This document shows, piece after piece, positions 13,246-22,308 of a stretch of 64,000 nt of DNA. This DNA comes from a bacterium. GTDB taxonomy: Bacteria; Zhuqueibacterota; Zhuqueibacteria; Residuimicrobiales; Krinioviventaceae. Both the position numbers and the translations under genes were made by a program. The notes under the pieces were generated by a model. That model made no database searches and was not told the DNA's origin. It worked only from the letters and a program-made list of their open reading frames with translations. Positions within the stretch are counted from its first letter, which is position 1, and every line of letters begins with the position of its first letter. Where the stretch lies: contig OY843751.1 of assembly GCA_963693055.1 (NCBI GenBank), positions 704,001 to 768,000 of the forward strand, in the 5' to 3' direction.

Positions 13246-13269
13246 CGTAAAGTGGGCCGGTGGCCAACT
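13246..13269 (+). repeat. Degenerate REP-like element
   Basis: CGTAAAGTGGGCCGGTGGCCAACT resembles the reverse complement of 14621-14643. Confidence 0.5.
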
Positions 13270-13595
13270 CTGTGGGCTAACCTTGTCACCTGATTCATGT
13301 TTTGATCTATTGTTTTCCATGATAGTGTTCCCCGCTGCAATTACGGCATACAAATTACAAAAATGTTAAAAATTTGGTAAAACAGTTGATTCTTTAGAAA
13401 ATATATTGTATATTATTATGCAATTAAAGTATGCTGTTTTTTGCAATTTTGATTTAGTGTAATATATTCTAAAAAGATAAAATATTACTTAAAAATCTAA
13501 AATAATCGTTAAGAATAGTAAAGCTATTTGATATGATTTTTTTTTGGCTCAGAATAGATATACAAAACATTCATTTATTATAAAGGACACGTTCA

Positions 13596-13796
13596 ATGGA
13601 AAATGGAACTGTCAAATGGTTCAATGGCTCAAAAGGTTATGGTTTTATCACTTCAGAAAGTGGTAGTGATGTATTTGTGCATTTCAACGCAATCGAAGGT
13701 GACGGTTACAAATCACTCGATGAAGGAGACCGGGTTCAGTTTGAAGTAGAGCAAGGACCAAAGGGACCACAAGCAATTAAAGTTTCAAAGATATAA
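13596..13796 (+). CDS. Cold-shock protein (CspA family)
   Basis: 'GTVKWFN..KGYGFI' (RNP1), 'DVFVHF' (RNP2); long AT-rich leader. Confidence 0.97.
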   Translation: MENGTVKWFNGSKGYGFITSESGSDVFVHFNAIEGDGYKSLDEGDRVQFEVEQGPKGPQAIKVSKI

Positions 13797-13817
13797 TTTA
13801 TAATTTTTCTTTGTACT

Positions 13818-13847
13818 ACCCCAGTTATTAATGGCTGGGGTTTTTTT
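13818..13847 (+). terminator. Intrinsic terminator after csp
   Basis: CCCCAGTTA...TGGCTGGGG plus T7. Confidence 0.85.
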
Positions 13848-13939
13848 GTTTTAGGTGTTTTTCCTGGAAAAACTGGGTCCAAGGGTATGGCCATTGGTAA
13901 CCTGGAATGATTATTTTTCAGAATCCATCTAGTGCTCCG

Positions 13940-14232
13940 GTGGAAAATCCAAAGAGCTGGCACTGGATAATAATCGAAAAGTTATCTATACCGCCGGTTA
14001 AGGCAAATTCCCTCCGGAAGCTGCAAACTCGGCAATGGCCCGGCAATCCGCTGAACGCGCGGCGTTTATAGACGCCTGCCGCTGGGGAGCCTATGCGTTG
14101 AAATGGAAGGATAATCCTGCATCTCCCGATTACGGCGAGATCCAAGGCGATCTGCCCAACGCCCGGATTCTTTATAAAACCGATTCCGGTGACGGAGTAC
14201 AAACGGTTGTGGAGATTGGGTTGGTGTATTAG
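13940..14232 (+). pseudogene. 5'-truncated second copy of the 12700-13224 lipoprotein gene
   Basis: 13981-14232 matches 12973-13224 at about 90% (26 mismatches in 252 bp by hand count); in-frame TAA replaces GCG; weaker similarity back to about 13940. Confidence 0.9.
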
Positions 14233-14399
14233 CTCAACCTACTGACTTTGTAAAAGTAATTCATTGAAAGCATACTTTTATTAGTATTTATCCTCATGAA
14301 TCGAGTAGATATGGTGTTTAATTAATTGAACCACAGATAAATCCGCCAGGAGGCGGACCCGCGCAGATGAACGCTGATGCTACACCCGTCAACCGTAGA

Positions 14400-14616
14400 A
14401 CTGGGTCGGTTTTGGGAACACTTGATACGTGATGAAAACGATTATTCAAATCATTTTGATTATCTGCATTATTATCCCCTTAAACATAGTTTTGTAGAAC
14501 ATGTATGTGATTGGCCCTGGTTAACATTTTATGAGTATGTGCGTTTACATTGGTATAATAATGATTGGTGACAAGGGATTTTTGATAAAATTGTTGTGAA
14601 AAATTGTGGGGAATAA
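14400..14616 (+). pseudogene. C-terminal remnant of a REP-associated tyrosine transposase (RAYT, IS200/Y1 superfamily)
   Basis: 'RFWEHLIRDENDYSNHFDYLHYYPLKH..V....DWPW..F..YVR...Y..DW', then a premature TGA and the typical '...GE*' end at 14616. Confidence 0.85.
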
Positions 14617-14620
14617 TGTG

Positions 14621-14643
14621 ATGGGTCGATGGCCCACCTTACG
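14621..14643 (-). repeat. REP-like element next to the RAYT remnant
   Basis: Minus strand CGTAAGGTGGGCCATCGACCCAT: GTAA tetranucleotide plus imperfect GC palindrome. Confidence 0.6.
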
Positions 14644-14698
14644 GGTTATGCTAAATGTGGAAAATATTACCTGTTTGATATGAGAATTAAAATAGTAC

Positions 14699-14730
14699 AA
14701 AAAAAGCCGCCTCTTTTTTTATGAAACGGC
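14699..14730 (-). terminator. Terminator of the TAC operon
   Basis: Minus strand GCCGTTTC...GAGGCGGC plus T7, about 30 bp after the chaperone stop. Confidence 0.75.
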
Positions 14731-14759
14731 AGGATTTGATTGATTTTCATTGCTATGAT

Positions 14760-15233
14760 TTAGCTATTAATAGCTGAATTTAAAAGGTTTTTAGGACTAA
14801 CTATAGGGATGTATAGTTGTTTATATTCTGGAGTTGAAATTTTTTCTGATAGTATACCGCGTGTTCCACCAATTGAAATATTTAGTAATGGAAATAATAA
14901 TTCTTCTGGGGCAGAAAAACTGTCATCTTTAATTGTAAATAAATTTTTTTCTGTAGATTTTACAATATATGAATGAACAGTTTTAATACCAAATAGCAAT
15001 ATCTTTTTTTTATTTTGCTTGTATAAAGTTTTAAATTCAAAATATAAATCAACTTGATATACTTCATCTTTTTTCTCAACACCAAACCTAAAAGAAATCT
15101 CATTCTCAATTTTTTTAGCACTTAATTCCTTGATCTTAAATTGAGATAATTCGTTTTCAGTAAAGCTTAAAGTTTTTATTTCATGTATTCTAAAAGAAAA
15201 AGAACCAATTTTATTGTCTATTTGTTCACTCAT
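14760..15233 (-). CDS. SecB-like chaperone of a toxin-antitoxin-chaperone (TAC) module
   Basis: 157 aa, beta-strand pattern followed by 'LLNISIGGTRGIL..K......LYIPIVSP..L', typical of SecB-like C-termini; ATGA-coupled to the antitoxin. Confidence 0.75.
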   Translation of the reverse strand: MSEQIDNKIGSFSFRIHEIKTLSFTENELSQFKIKELSAKKIENEISFRFGVEKKDEVYQVDLYFEFKTLYKQNKKKILLFGIKTVHSYIVKSTEKNLFTIKDDSFSAPEELLFPLLNISIGGTRGILSEKISTPEYKQLYIPIVSPKNLLNSAINS

Positions 15234-15697
15234 AATACACCAATTTTATGACATTCCATTGTATCATCACCTTCTCTATAATCATCCAGAGGAAAAACAT
15301 TTGTAGTCGTTGCAGTAGATACAAATTGATTTTCTTTTTCAGGAAAAGTAATTTCATCGGTCCAGTTTGTGTTTTCAACATCTTTTATTTTAAGAGCCTT
15401 TGTTTCTTTGTTTGTTACTTTAATTTGTACATCAGCTCCAATAGCATCTGCAAGCTCTACCATTTTTAAAATAGAGATGTTAGGAGTATTATTAAATAAC
15501 TGAGATATTAAAGATTTTGTTTTACCTAATTTTTTGGCAATATCAACTTTTTTAATCTTTTGTTTTTCCATAATAGTCAAGATTTCATGATAAAACATAT
15601 GAATAACATGCCATGCTTTTTCTTCTGCGTCTGGAGGTGCAGCAAAAAAATCTTCAATGTCTTTATATTTTTCTTTAACTGATAAATTTTCTTTCAT
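15230..15697 (-). CDS. XRE-HTH antitoxin (HigA-like) with about 60-aa C-terminal extension
   Basis: HTH 'IKKVDIAKKLGKTKSLISQLFN...NISILKMVELADAIG' plus a polar tail with scattered aromatics. Confidence 0.85.
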   Translation of the reverse strand: MKENLSVKEKYKDIEDFFAAPPDAEEKAWHVIHMFYHEILTIMEKQKIKKVDIAKKLGKTKSLISQLFNNTPNISILKMVELADAIGADVQIKVTNKETKALKIKDVENTNWTDEITFPEKENQFVSTATTTNVFPLDDYREGDDTMECHKIGVL

Positions 15698-16064
15698 ATT
15701 CTTCTTTCTTTTTATTTATTGTTCTATATATATCTTGTTGAATTGTATTTTTCTTTTTTAATAAATGATCAAATAATATTATATGTTCATCCACTAAGGA
15801 AAAATAAAAAAATCTATTTTGATCAATTCTAATTTGAAATACTTTTGAACATCCCTTAAGAGGTTTAATATCACTGTTTTTATATTTGTTCCCCATTTCG
15901 GCCAGGTTTGTTAAAATATTTTTTAATCTTTTTTGTTGGCTTGAAGTCATTTCTTTGAAAGCATCTAAAGTAACTGAAGCTTTCCCTTCTACTACATAAT
16001 ATACTGTTCTTTTCTTGGGACTATATTTAGTCTCGTAAAGAATATTAAAATATATATCTGCCAT
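15675..16064 (-). CDS. RelE/HigB (Gp49-like) toxin
   Basis: 'IKPLKGCSKVFQIRIDQNRFFYF.....IILFDHLLKKK' RelE-fold signature; toxin-first gene order; AGGTG RBS before ATG 16064. Confidence 0.82.
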   Translation of the reverse strand: MADIYFNILYETKYSPKKRTVYYVVEGKASVTLDAFKEMTSSQQKRLKNILTNLAEMGNKYKNSDIKPLKGCSKVFQIRIDQNRFFYFSLVDEHIILFDHLLKKKNTIQQDIYRTINKKKEEYERKFIS

Positions 16065-16078
16065 AAATCTGAACACCT

Positions 16079-16107
16079 AAAGTTAATGTATTATTTAACT
16101 TTTGCAA
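16079..16107 (-). promoter_or_regulatory. Putative TA promoter/operator
   Basis: Inverted repeat AAAGTTAA-N8-TTAACTTT (16079-16102) overlapping minus-strand TTGCAA-N16-TAACTT. Confidence 0.6.
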
Positions 16108-16381
16108 GTTTTTTTTCATAATTATTGTAATTTATGGCATTTTATGATAATATTTTACAATTTTTGTGCCATATATTCTATTTGTTGCTCCCTTTCATCT
16201 GCCCCGTCATAACAACTGGAGCCCACTTGAAGCAGGGGTGAATATTATATGTATAAATAATAATAACTAATCTATAAATCCATTTTTTGATTTTTCTGCT
16301 ATAATTTTTTTTCTAGCTTTTCCAATTCTATAATAAATTCCTCATAATCTAGCATACATATGTTCCCAAGAGAAAATTTAT

Positions 16382-16582
16382 TTGTATTTACTATATTATA
16401 ATCAGAAACACTATCATTCCGAGATAGGATTTGTACCGCCATGGTTAAAATACACTGGCAAGGCGGATTCACTCATAAAGTCTCGGAAAGAAAAATTACA
16501 TGTAACTAAACAGAAACGAATGAAACAAAACTGGAAAAATTATCAAAGTGCAATTCAAACAATCAAACAAAAAGCAGCATAA
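16382..16582 (+). mobile_element. C-terminal remnant of a DDE integrase-core transposase (IS3/IS481-like)
   Basis: 'YYNQKHYHSEIGFVPP..KYTG....I..R..KL' matches the YN..R.HS.LG..TP end motif; the rest is missing. Confidence 0.75.
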
Positions 16583-16996
16583 TGTACTAAACTAAAATTT
16601 TTTCATATTTTGAAATTTTGTGTAAAACAATTAGGAATAAATAATTTCGTGCAGAAAACTTTTGGCAAGTTGAAAAAAAGTATAACGATATTATGGGGTT
16701 GGCTGGTCGGTCTGCTAACCTGTCCGGCACAGGCTAAGCTCAAAACAAGTGTGAAGAAAATTTAATATAATAGGAATTTATCTACTTATAATAAAAAAAA
16801 TGTTGCAAAATAAAAAAAAAAATAATTAATTATGTTTAAATAGGGATTATTCTAAAAGGGGCGATTATGTTGTATATATGTTTTAAAATTTAAATGTCCC
16901 TCTATTTTGTAATTTAAATAGGGGGACAGAAATAATTTATTATTTTATCTGAAGTTTCTAATAAATCGTGTTTTTTAAATCTAGGAGATATTCTCA

Positions 16997-17833
16997 ATGA
17001 ATAAAACTATTATATATTTAATTGCTGTAATAGTTATTACATTTTCTTTTATGCAGTGTTCGAATGAAAACCCAACTCAGGCAATTTATAAAAATGGGGA
17101 TTTTGGACAGATTTCTGATAAAGTGGCAAGTGTTCAATTATTATTAGTGCCATCAAAAGTACCAGAAATAGTGGATTCCTTGGCAGTTATTCAAGCATTA
17201 AAAATCGGTTGTGATGGGATACGAATTCTTGAAGCAGAATCTGAAAAAGATGAAAATTCATTTTTTGTTTCTTTTTTTACAGATACAGAAGGAATAAAAA
17301 AAGAAGCAATATATTCCCTCGATGGGGAAAATGTAATTTTAAATGAAGACGAAAGTTTATACCTAAATAATATTCTTGATACTTACTATTTGAAAAAAAC
17401 AAATAATGATTGTGATCATATCTGGCGATTAGCATATATTTTCGAGAATGCAAATTATGATAGTTTAAATGGCTTATATTATCAGTTTACTCAACGGGCT
17501 CATAATGTAGGTTTTTATCATAAAGTTTGTGAGAGGTTAGGAACTGCTAGTGGGGATTTTCCAGGAGGTATGAACAACTTGATTTCATCACATTTGTGGG
17601 CAAATGAAGTTAGATGTGGGAAAAAAACTGTTGTAGATAAATTTAAAGTATGGGATGGCACTTATCGTAGTGATAGTTCATATGAATTCACATCCACGAA
17701 AGCTCATCATGACAATAATTATGCTGATGAAAGCTTTTGGTTAAATATACCAATACCACCATGGACTGTACCATATCCCTTAAATGATGCAGTGTCTTCA
17801 ATAGATATGACATATTGGGTATATAATAATTAA
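16997..17833 (+). CDS. Lipoprotein with putative C-terminal beta/gamma-crystallin-like domain
   Basis: Signal ending FMQC; 'YIFENANY...MNNLISS' and 'VWDGTY...LNDAVSSI'; AGGAG RBS. Confidence 0.7.
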   Translation: MNKTIIYLIAVIVITFSFMQCSNENPTQAIYKNGDFGQISDKVASVQLLLVPSKVPEIVDSLAVIQALKIGCDGIRILEAESEKDENSFFVSFFTDTEGIKKEAIYSLDGENVILNEDESLYLNNILDTYYLKKTNNDCDHIWRLAYIFENANYDSLNGLYYQFTQRAHNVGFYHKVCERLGTASGDFPGGMNNLISSHLWANEVRCGKKTVVDKFKVWDGTYRSDSSYEFTSTKAHHDNNYADESFWLNIPIPPWTVPYPLNDAVSSIDMTYWVYNN

Positions 17834-17986
17834 ATGAACTCGGTCTTTGCTTATATTTTTCATATTGAGTAAAGACCGGTAATTTGATCTTGTAAAAGGT
17901 TTTTGAGATATTGTTTAGTTTTGGAACATACAAGAATGTTAAAAAGTATAAAATATAAAATTTTTCATTTAATTGGAGGTTTTAAA

Positions 17987-18460
17987 ATGGGGAAAAATCA
18001 ATTAATTGTGATAATTTGGTTTACATTTTTTTCAGGTTTATTGGCAAATGAAACATCAAATACTATTTTGGGAGGATTAAGTATTGGATTACCTTCGACT
18101 GTCAATTTTGACATTGGTTACAATAGCAATGATTATGGATTTAATCTCAGGGGTATTTTTTATAGCAATAAAGAATCCAATGGTCCTCTAAATAATGGTA
18201 TACAATTTGATGCTTATAAAAAAATGGGAAAAATCAGCCCTTTTAATCATAGATTATTATTTTTTACAGGATATACGGATATTAAAAATAGCCCGGCTAA
18301 AAGATTGGTCTATACGGGTGTTGGCTATGGATTAAAATGGAAAAATATAAATTTACAACCAGGAATAGGATACCAAATTTTTTCTTCAAATTATGATAAA
18401 TTAAATGATTTGTTTTTTATTTTCAATACTGGTATTGAACTTGAATTGTTTCATTTTTAA
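17987..18460 (+). CDS. Putative small outer-membrane beta-barrel protein
   Basis: Signal peptide, alternating Gly/aromatic strands, terminal Phe; GGAGG RBS. Confidence 0.6.
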   Translation: MGKNQLIVIIWFTFFSGLLANETSNTILGGLSIGLPSTVNFDIGYNSNDYGFNLRGIFYSNKESNGPLNNGIQFDAYKKMGKISPFNHRLLFFTGYTDIKNSPAKRLVYTGVGYGLKWKNINLQPGIGYQIFSSNYDKLNDLFFIFNTGIELELFHF

Positions 18461-19609
18461 TTTGATATAATCTTCATGGTAGAAATAATATCCCTTGTTG
18501 ATGCCGTTGCGTGAACCCGAACCGGAATCTTTGATCAAAAACCAGTCTTGACCATCTTTTTCCATATAGCCAACGATGTGAACGCCATGATCGTCGGTTG
18601 TTGCTTTGTTACTGAATCGGAGTTGGCGGGCATTTTCATCTATATATTCGGATGGGATGTCAAATGTTGGCACCATGGCAACTTCTTTGTATGAATAATA
18701 CCCCGGTTCTGAAACGTCTCCGCCAACGACAATGGTGTATCCATCTCGTAAAGCGGATTTGATAATCGACATGAATTTATCCAATTCAATGTTGTAATAC
18801 TCGTCACTCTTCCACCAGTTATCCGGGACCGGATAGGTTACAAATTCGTTATAAGGTTTTTCTAGCAAAGAAAGCATATCAATATAATTATTAAAATCGA
18901 TTTTCAGATCATGCAAATACTCTAGTGGCGTCATCTCTTTATCATTTACAGTTATGACCGTGGGTGGTTCACCAATATAATTGTTTAATATGGATTTTAT
19001 GGTTTTGATTACTGTGTCCTCATCCCAAAGCCAGTTTCCTTTAACATGCTGTAGATATGCATCCATCTCTTCATACATGGGATCATGATTGTGAAAAGGT
19101 TCACCGTCTTCTAGTCCTGTATAACATTCGGCGGGTACAATGCCATATTTTTGCCATATGACAGGAACGTGGTTTCCCATAGAACCCTGGTCGAATAAGG
19201 AATTCCCCTGTTTTTGTACATATCGTCGCGCTTTTTCTACATATTCCCAGTAAACCGTATACAATTCAGAGAGTTTAACTTTGCGTCCGGAGGTACGATA
19301 AATTTCTGTTTCATAAAAGGAAGTTGTGCTGTAACACCAGCACATGCCGGAATTACCCTGCGAGACAGGATCATTGTGCCAGTATGATTTAAACTCATCC
19401 TTTGATTGCGGTAAATCCATGCCTTCAAAATCGAGAATGAATTTTACATCCTGTCCTTCTTGAAATTTTTCATTCTCTTTCTGTATGTGGTCCCAGAATT
19501 CATTCTTTTTTTCAACAAAGGTACCTTTGTCTTTTTTAGGTGTTTGAGCCAATAGAACCAGAGATGTTAATAATACAATAATAAAAGAGTTGTAAAATAA
19601 TCTGGACAT
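18401..19609 (-). CDS. Secreted C1B cysteine aminopeptidase (PepC/bleomycin hydrolase family)
   Basis: 'QGNSGMCWCYS' catalytic Cys, 'DDHGVHIVGY' His, 'KDSG'; signal peptide. Confidence 0.9.
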   Translation of the reverse strand: MSRLFYNSFIIVLLTSLVLLAQTPKKDKGTFVEKKNEFWDHIQKENEKFQEGQDVKFILDFEGMDLPQSKDEFKSYWHNDPVSQGNSGMCWCYSTTSFYETEIYRTSGRKVKLSELYTVYWEYVEKARRYVQKQGNSLFDQGSMGNHVPVIWQKYGIVPAECYTGLEDGEPFHNHDPMYEEMDAYLQHVKGNWLWDEDTVIKTIKSILNNYIGEPPTVITVNDKEMTPLEYLHDLKIDFNNYIDMLSLLEKPYNEFVTYPVPDNWWKSDEYYNIELDKFMSIIKSALRDGYTIVVGGDVSEPGYYSYKEVAMVPTFDIPSEYIDENARQLRFSNKATTDDHGVHIVGYMEKDGQDWFLIKDSGSGSRNGINKGYYFYHEDYIKLKMKQFKFNTSIENKKQII

Positions 19610-19643
19610 TTTTCCTCCTAATACCAGAATCGTTTAGGTGATT

Positions 19644-20840
19644 TTATTTTACTATATCCTTTTCAACTACCTGTCCCGGACGTGTCTGCATGTTTGGCCA
19701 AAGCTTACGGCCCGGAAGCAGGCTGGTATTGATACCTGTGCTGCAACCGTCTGATACGATCGCGCCCAATTTATCTCTGCCGGTGGGTACAAGATTATCT
19801 TTGATTGCGGATTGGATCTCTTTTTTATCGTGACGAACATTGGCTATAATGGTGCCGGCACCTATGTTACAATCCTGACCTACAACCGAATCTCCGATAT
19901 AACTGAGATGACAAACCAGGCTGTTATCCATAATGACCGAGTTTTTGATCTCTACGGCATTGCCAACGCGGCAGTTGTTACCCACAGAAGTAAATGAGCG
20001 AATGTAGCAATTGGGACCAATATCGCAATTATCGCCAATGATGACTGGCCCTTCAATATACGCGCCTGAACGTATCAGGGTGTTTTCTCCGATAGAAACA
20101 GCGCCCTTGATGACCGTCCCGTCTTCCACTGTGCCTTTGATGTTTTGATCTTTCATATCCGGCATAAAGTATTCCTGATGACGTAACAGGTCCCAGGCAT
20201 AACCGGTAGGCAACCAGAATCCCTCAATGGGCAGTGCATAGAAATCCTGTTTTTGGGCAACAGTTTGTATTGCTGAGGTGATCTCGATCTCGCCGCGTTC
20301 GCTCAGGGGTGTTTGTTCCAGTTCATGCATAAACTCTTCTTGCAGCACATAACAACCAATATTTACCAGATCACCGATATATTCTTTTGGTTTCTCAACC
20401 AGATTCAGCACTTTGTTGTTTTCATCTACTTTATAAACACCGTATAAATGCGGATTTTCGGCATGTTTGACCAGCGCGCCGTAATCCATCTGTACCAGTT
20501 TTTCAAGATCCTGACGGGCAAAGAGATCGTCACCGTTCATGGCTACGAACTTGCCTTTAATATGAGGTTTTGCCTGCAATACTGCGTGGCCTGTGCCCAA
20601 TTGTTCCTTTTGTTCCTGATAAATGATATGCATACCCTTGTATTCGCTACCAAAGGCTTCTTCAATCATCTCTTTTTTGTAACCAGTAATGAGAATAACC
20701 TCGTCGAAAATGCCGGTCAACTGGTCCAGGCTGTGTTCCAACAATGGACGGTTCATAATAGGGAGTAGGGGTTTGGGGCGTGTCAAGGTGAGTGGATAGG
20801 TTCTTGTGCTTTTTCCTGCAACCATCAGTACTGCTTGCAT
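19644..20840 (-). CDS. Bifunctional sugar-1-phosphate nucleotidylyltransferase/acetyltransferase (archaeal GlmU-like)
   Basis: 'AGKSTRTYPLT..RPKPL', 'EQLGTGHA', hexapeptide repeats, 'HLSYIGDS'. Confidence 0.88.
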   Translation of the reverse strand: MQAVLMVAGKSTRTYPLTLTRPKPLLPIMNRPLLEHSLDQLTGIFDEVILITGYKKEMIEEAFGSEYKGMHIIYQEQKEQLGTGHAVLQAKPHIKGKFVAMNGDDLFARQDLEKLVQMDYGALVKHAENPHLYGVYKVDENNKVLNLVEKPKEYIGDLVNIGCYVLQEEFMHELEQTPLSERGEIEITSAIQTVAQKQDFYALPIEGFWLPTGYAWDLLRHQEYFMPDMKDQNIKGTVEDGTVIKGAVSIGENTLIRSGAYIEGPVIIGDNCDIGPNCYIRSFTSVGNNCRVGNAVEIKNSVIMDNSLVCHLSYIGDSVVGQDCNIGAGTIIANVRHDKKEIQSAIKDNLVPTGRDKLGAIVSDGCSTGINTSLLPGRKLWPNMQTRPGQVVEKDIVK

Positions 20841-21076
20841 ATCTATATCTCCAATTTGATTTATTTTGAATTATTATGAATAGAATACAGCAATATAGGG
20901 CAAACTGGTGAAAAATTCAACTGGATTTGCATTGTAAAAGATTTACATTTAAAATACGGTTGCATGTTTAGCGTGTAAATGTTTTTACTTGAATTTGAAT
21001 GCTTTTGTTTTTATTATAGAATGCTGAAAATGAACAATTATTAATCAATCCAGATAAATTCGGAAGGATATTGGAA

Positions 21077-21877
21077 ATGAAAAACGAAATGAGTAGAAGG
21101 GCTTTTGTTGGCACTACAGCAGCTGCAACCATGGGAGCGGCGTTAAGTGCAAAATCCTTGTGGGCAAAAAATGAAACTCCCAAACGCAAAGCCTTGCTGG
21201 TATGGGGGGGATGGGATGGTCATGAACCCAAACAATGCAAAGATATTTTTGCTCCCTATATGCGTGAACAGGGCTGGGACGTTGTTGTTTCTGATACTCT
21301 GGATTCTTATACCGATAAGGCGTTAATGGATTCTTTGGATTTGGTTGTGCAGGTATGGACCTCAGGCGAGATCACCAAAGAGCAGTCCCAGGGTTTGATT
21401 ACCGCCGTTAAAGGTGGTGTGGGTATGGCAGGTTGGCATGGCGGTATGTGTGATTCGTTTCGTTCCAACACCGAATATCAGTTCATGACCGGGGGCCAGT
21501 GGGTTGCGCATCCCGGTGGTATCATTGATTATCGTGTAAATATCACGGACCATGATGATCCTATTACTGCCGGACTGAAAGATTTTGACATGCATTCCGA
21601 ACAATATTATATGCATGTGGATCCTACCATGAAGGTAATGGCAACAACGACATTTACCGGCGACGCAGCCCCTTGGATTGATGGCGCTGTTATGCCGGTG
21701 GTTTGGAAAAAATATTATGGCCAGGGACGTATTTTTTATTGTTCGCTGGGACACGTAGCCAAAGATTTTGAGGTGCCGGAAGCTTTGACCATTGTTCAAC
21801 GCGGTATCTTGTGGGCTGCCGAGAGCAAATACGGCCCCAAAGAAAAATGGATGAATTCTGTTTATCCGAAAATGTAA
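21077..21877 (+). CDS. Tat-exported ThuA-like domain protein
   Basis: Tat motif SRRAFV; 'WGGWDGHEP', 'GGQWVAHPG', '[10 protein letters not shown]'. Confidence 0.9.
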   Translation: MKNEMSRRAFVGTTAAATMGAALSAKSLWAKNETPKRKALLVWGGWDGHEPKQCKDIFAPYMREQGWDVVVSDTLDSYTDKALMDSLDLVVQVWTSGEITKEQSQGLITAVKGGVGMAGWHGGMCDSFRSNTEYQFMTGGQWVAHPGGIIDYRVNITDHDDPITAGLKDFDMHSEQYYMHVDPTMKVMATTTFTGDAAPWIDGAVMPVVWKKYYGQGRIFYCSLGHVAKDFEVPEALTIVQRGILWAAESKYGPKEKWMNSVYPKM

Positions 21878-21891
21878 GAATGATTAATTTT

Positions 21892-21928
21892 TATCCCCAT
21901 TCCAGGAATTTGTTCTGGGATGGGGATA
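21892..21928 (+). terminator. Hairpin after the ThuA gene
   Basis: TATCCCCATTCCAG...CTGGGATGGGGATA. Confidence 0.6.
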
Positions 21929-21950
21929 TTAATATATGGATTTTGTATGT

Positions 21951-22193
21951 ATGAGTGATAAAGATCAAATTTTAAAATGGACAACTACCTGGCAAAAAGC
22001 GAGTGATGCATTAAATTCTGTCAAGGTTGAAGCTCTACGCGATAAAAATTATTACTATAAAAATAAAGCTGTGCTTAACGATATGCTCCAATATGCTTTT
22101 GATCATCGTGTTGTGCGTAAGGATAGTGGTTTGGTCGAGATGCAAAGCTATTTCATGAAAATCCATCAACAGATTTTGGATAAAACTGAATGA
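21951..22193 (+). CDS. Small hypothetical protein (W..TW..A...L / SGLVE.Q..F family)
   Basis: 80 aa; motifs 'WTTTWQKAS..L' and 'SGLVEMQSYFMK'. Confidence 0.6.
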   Translation: MSDKDQILKWTTTWQKASDALNSVKVEALRDKNYYYKNKAVLNDMLQYAFDHRVVRKDSGLVEMQSYFMKIHQQILDKTE

Positions 22194-22308
22194 GTGGGCC
22201 CAAAATCTTTTGCAAAAGAATCTATTGAAATTATTCCTCGTTTAAAATTCTTGAATTTATTTTACTGTTATTCCTGGTTTTATATCATTTTATTTTTTTG
22301 TTTGCAAG

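Noticed and set aside
13225-18460. Prophage or integrative element
   Set aside because: No integrase, phage genes or clear att pair; only transposase remnants
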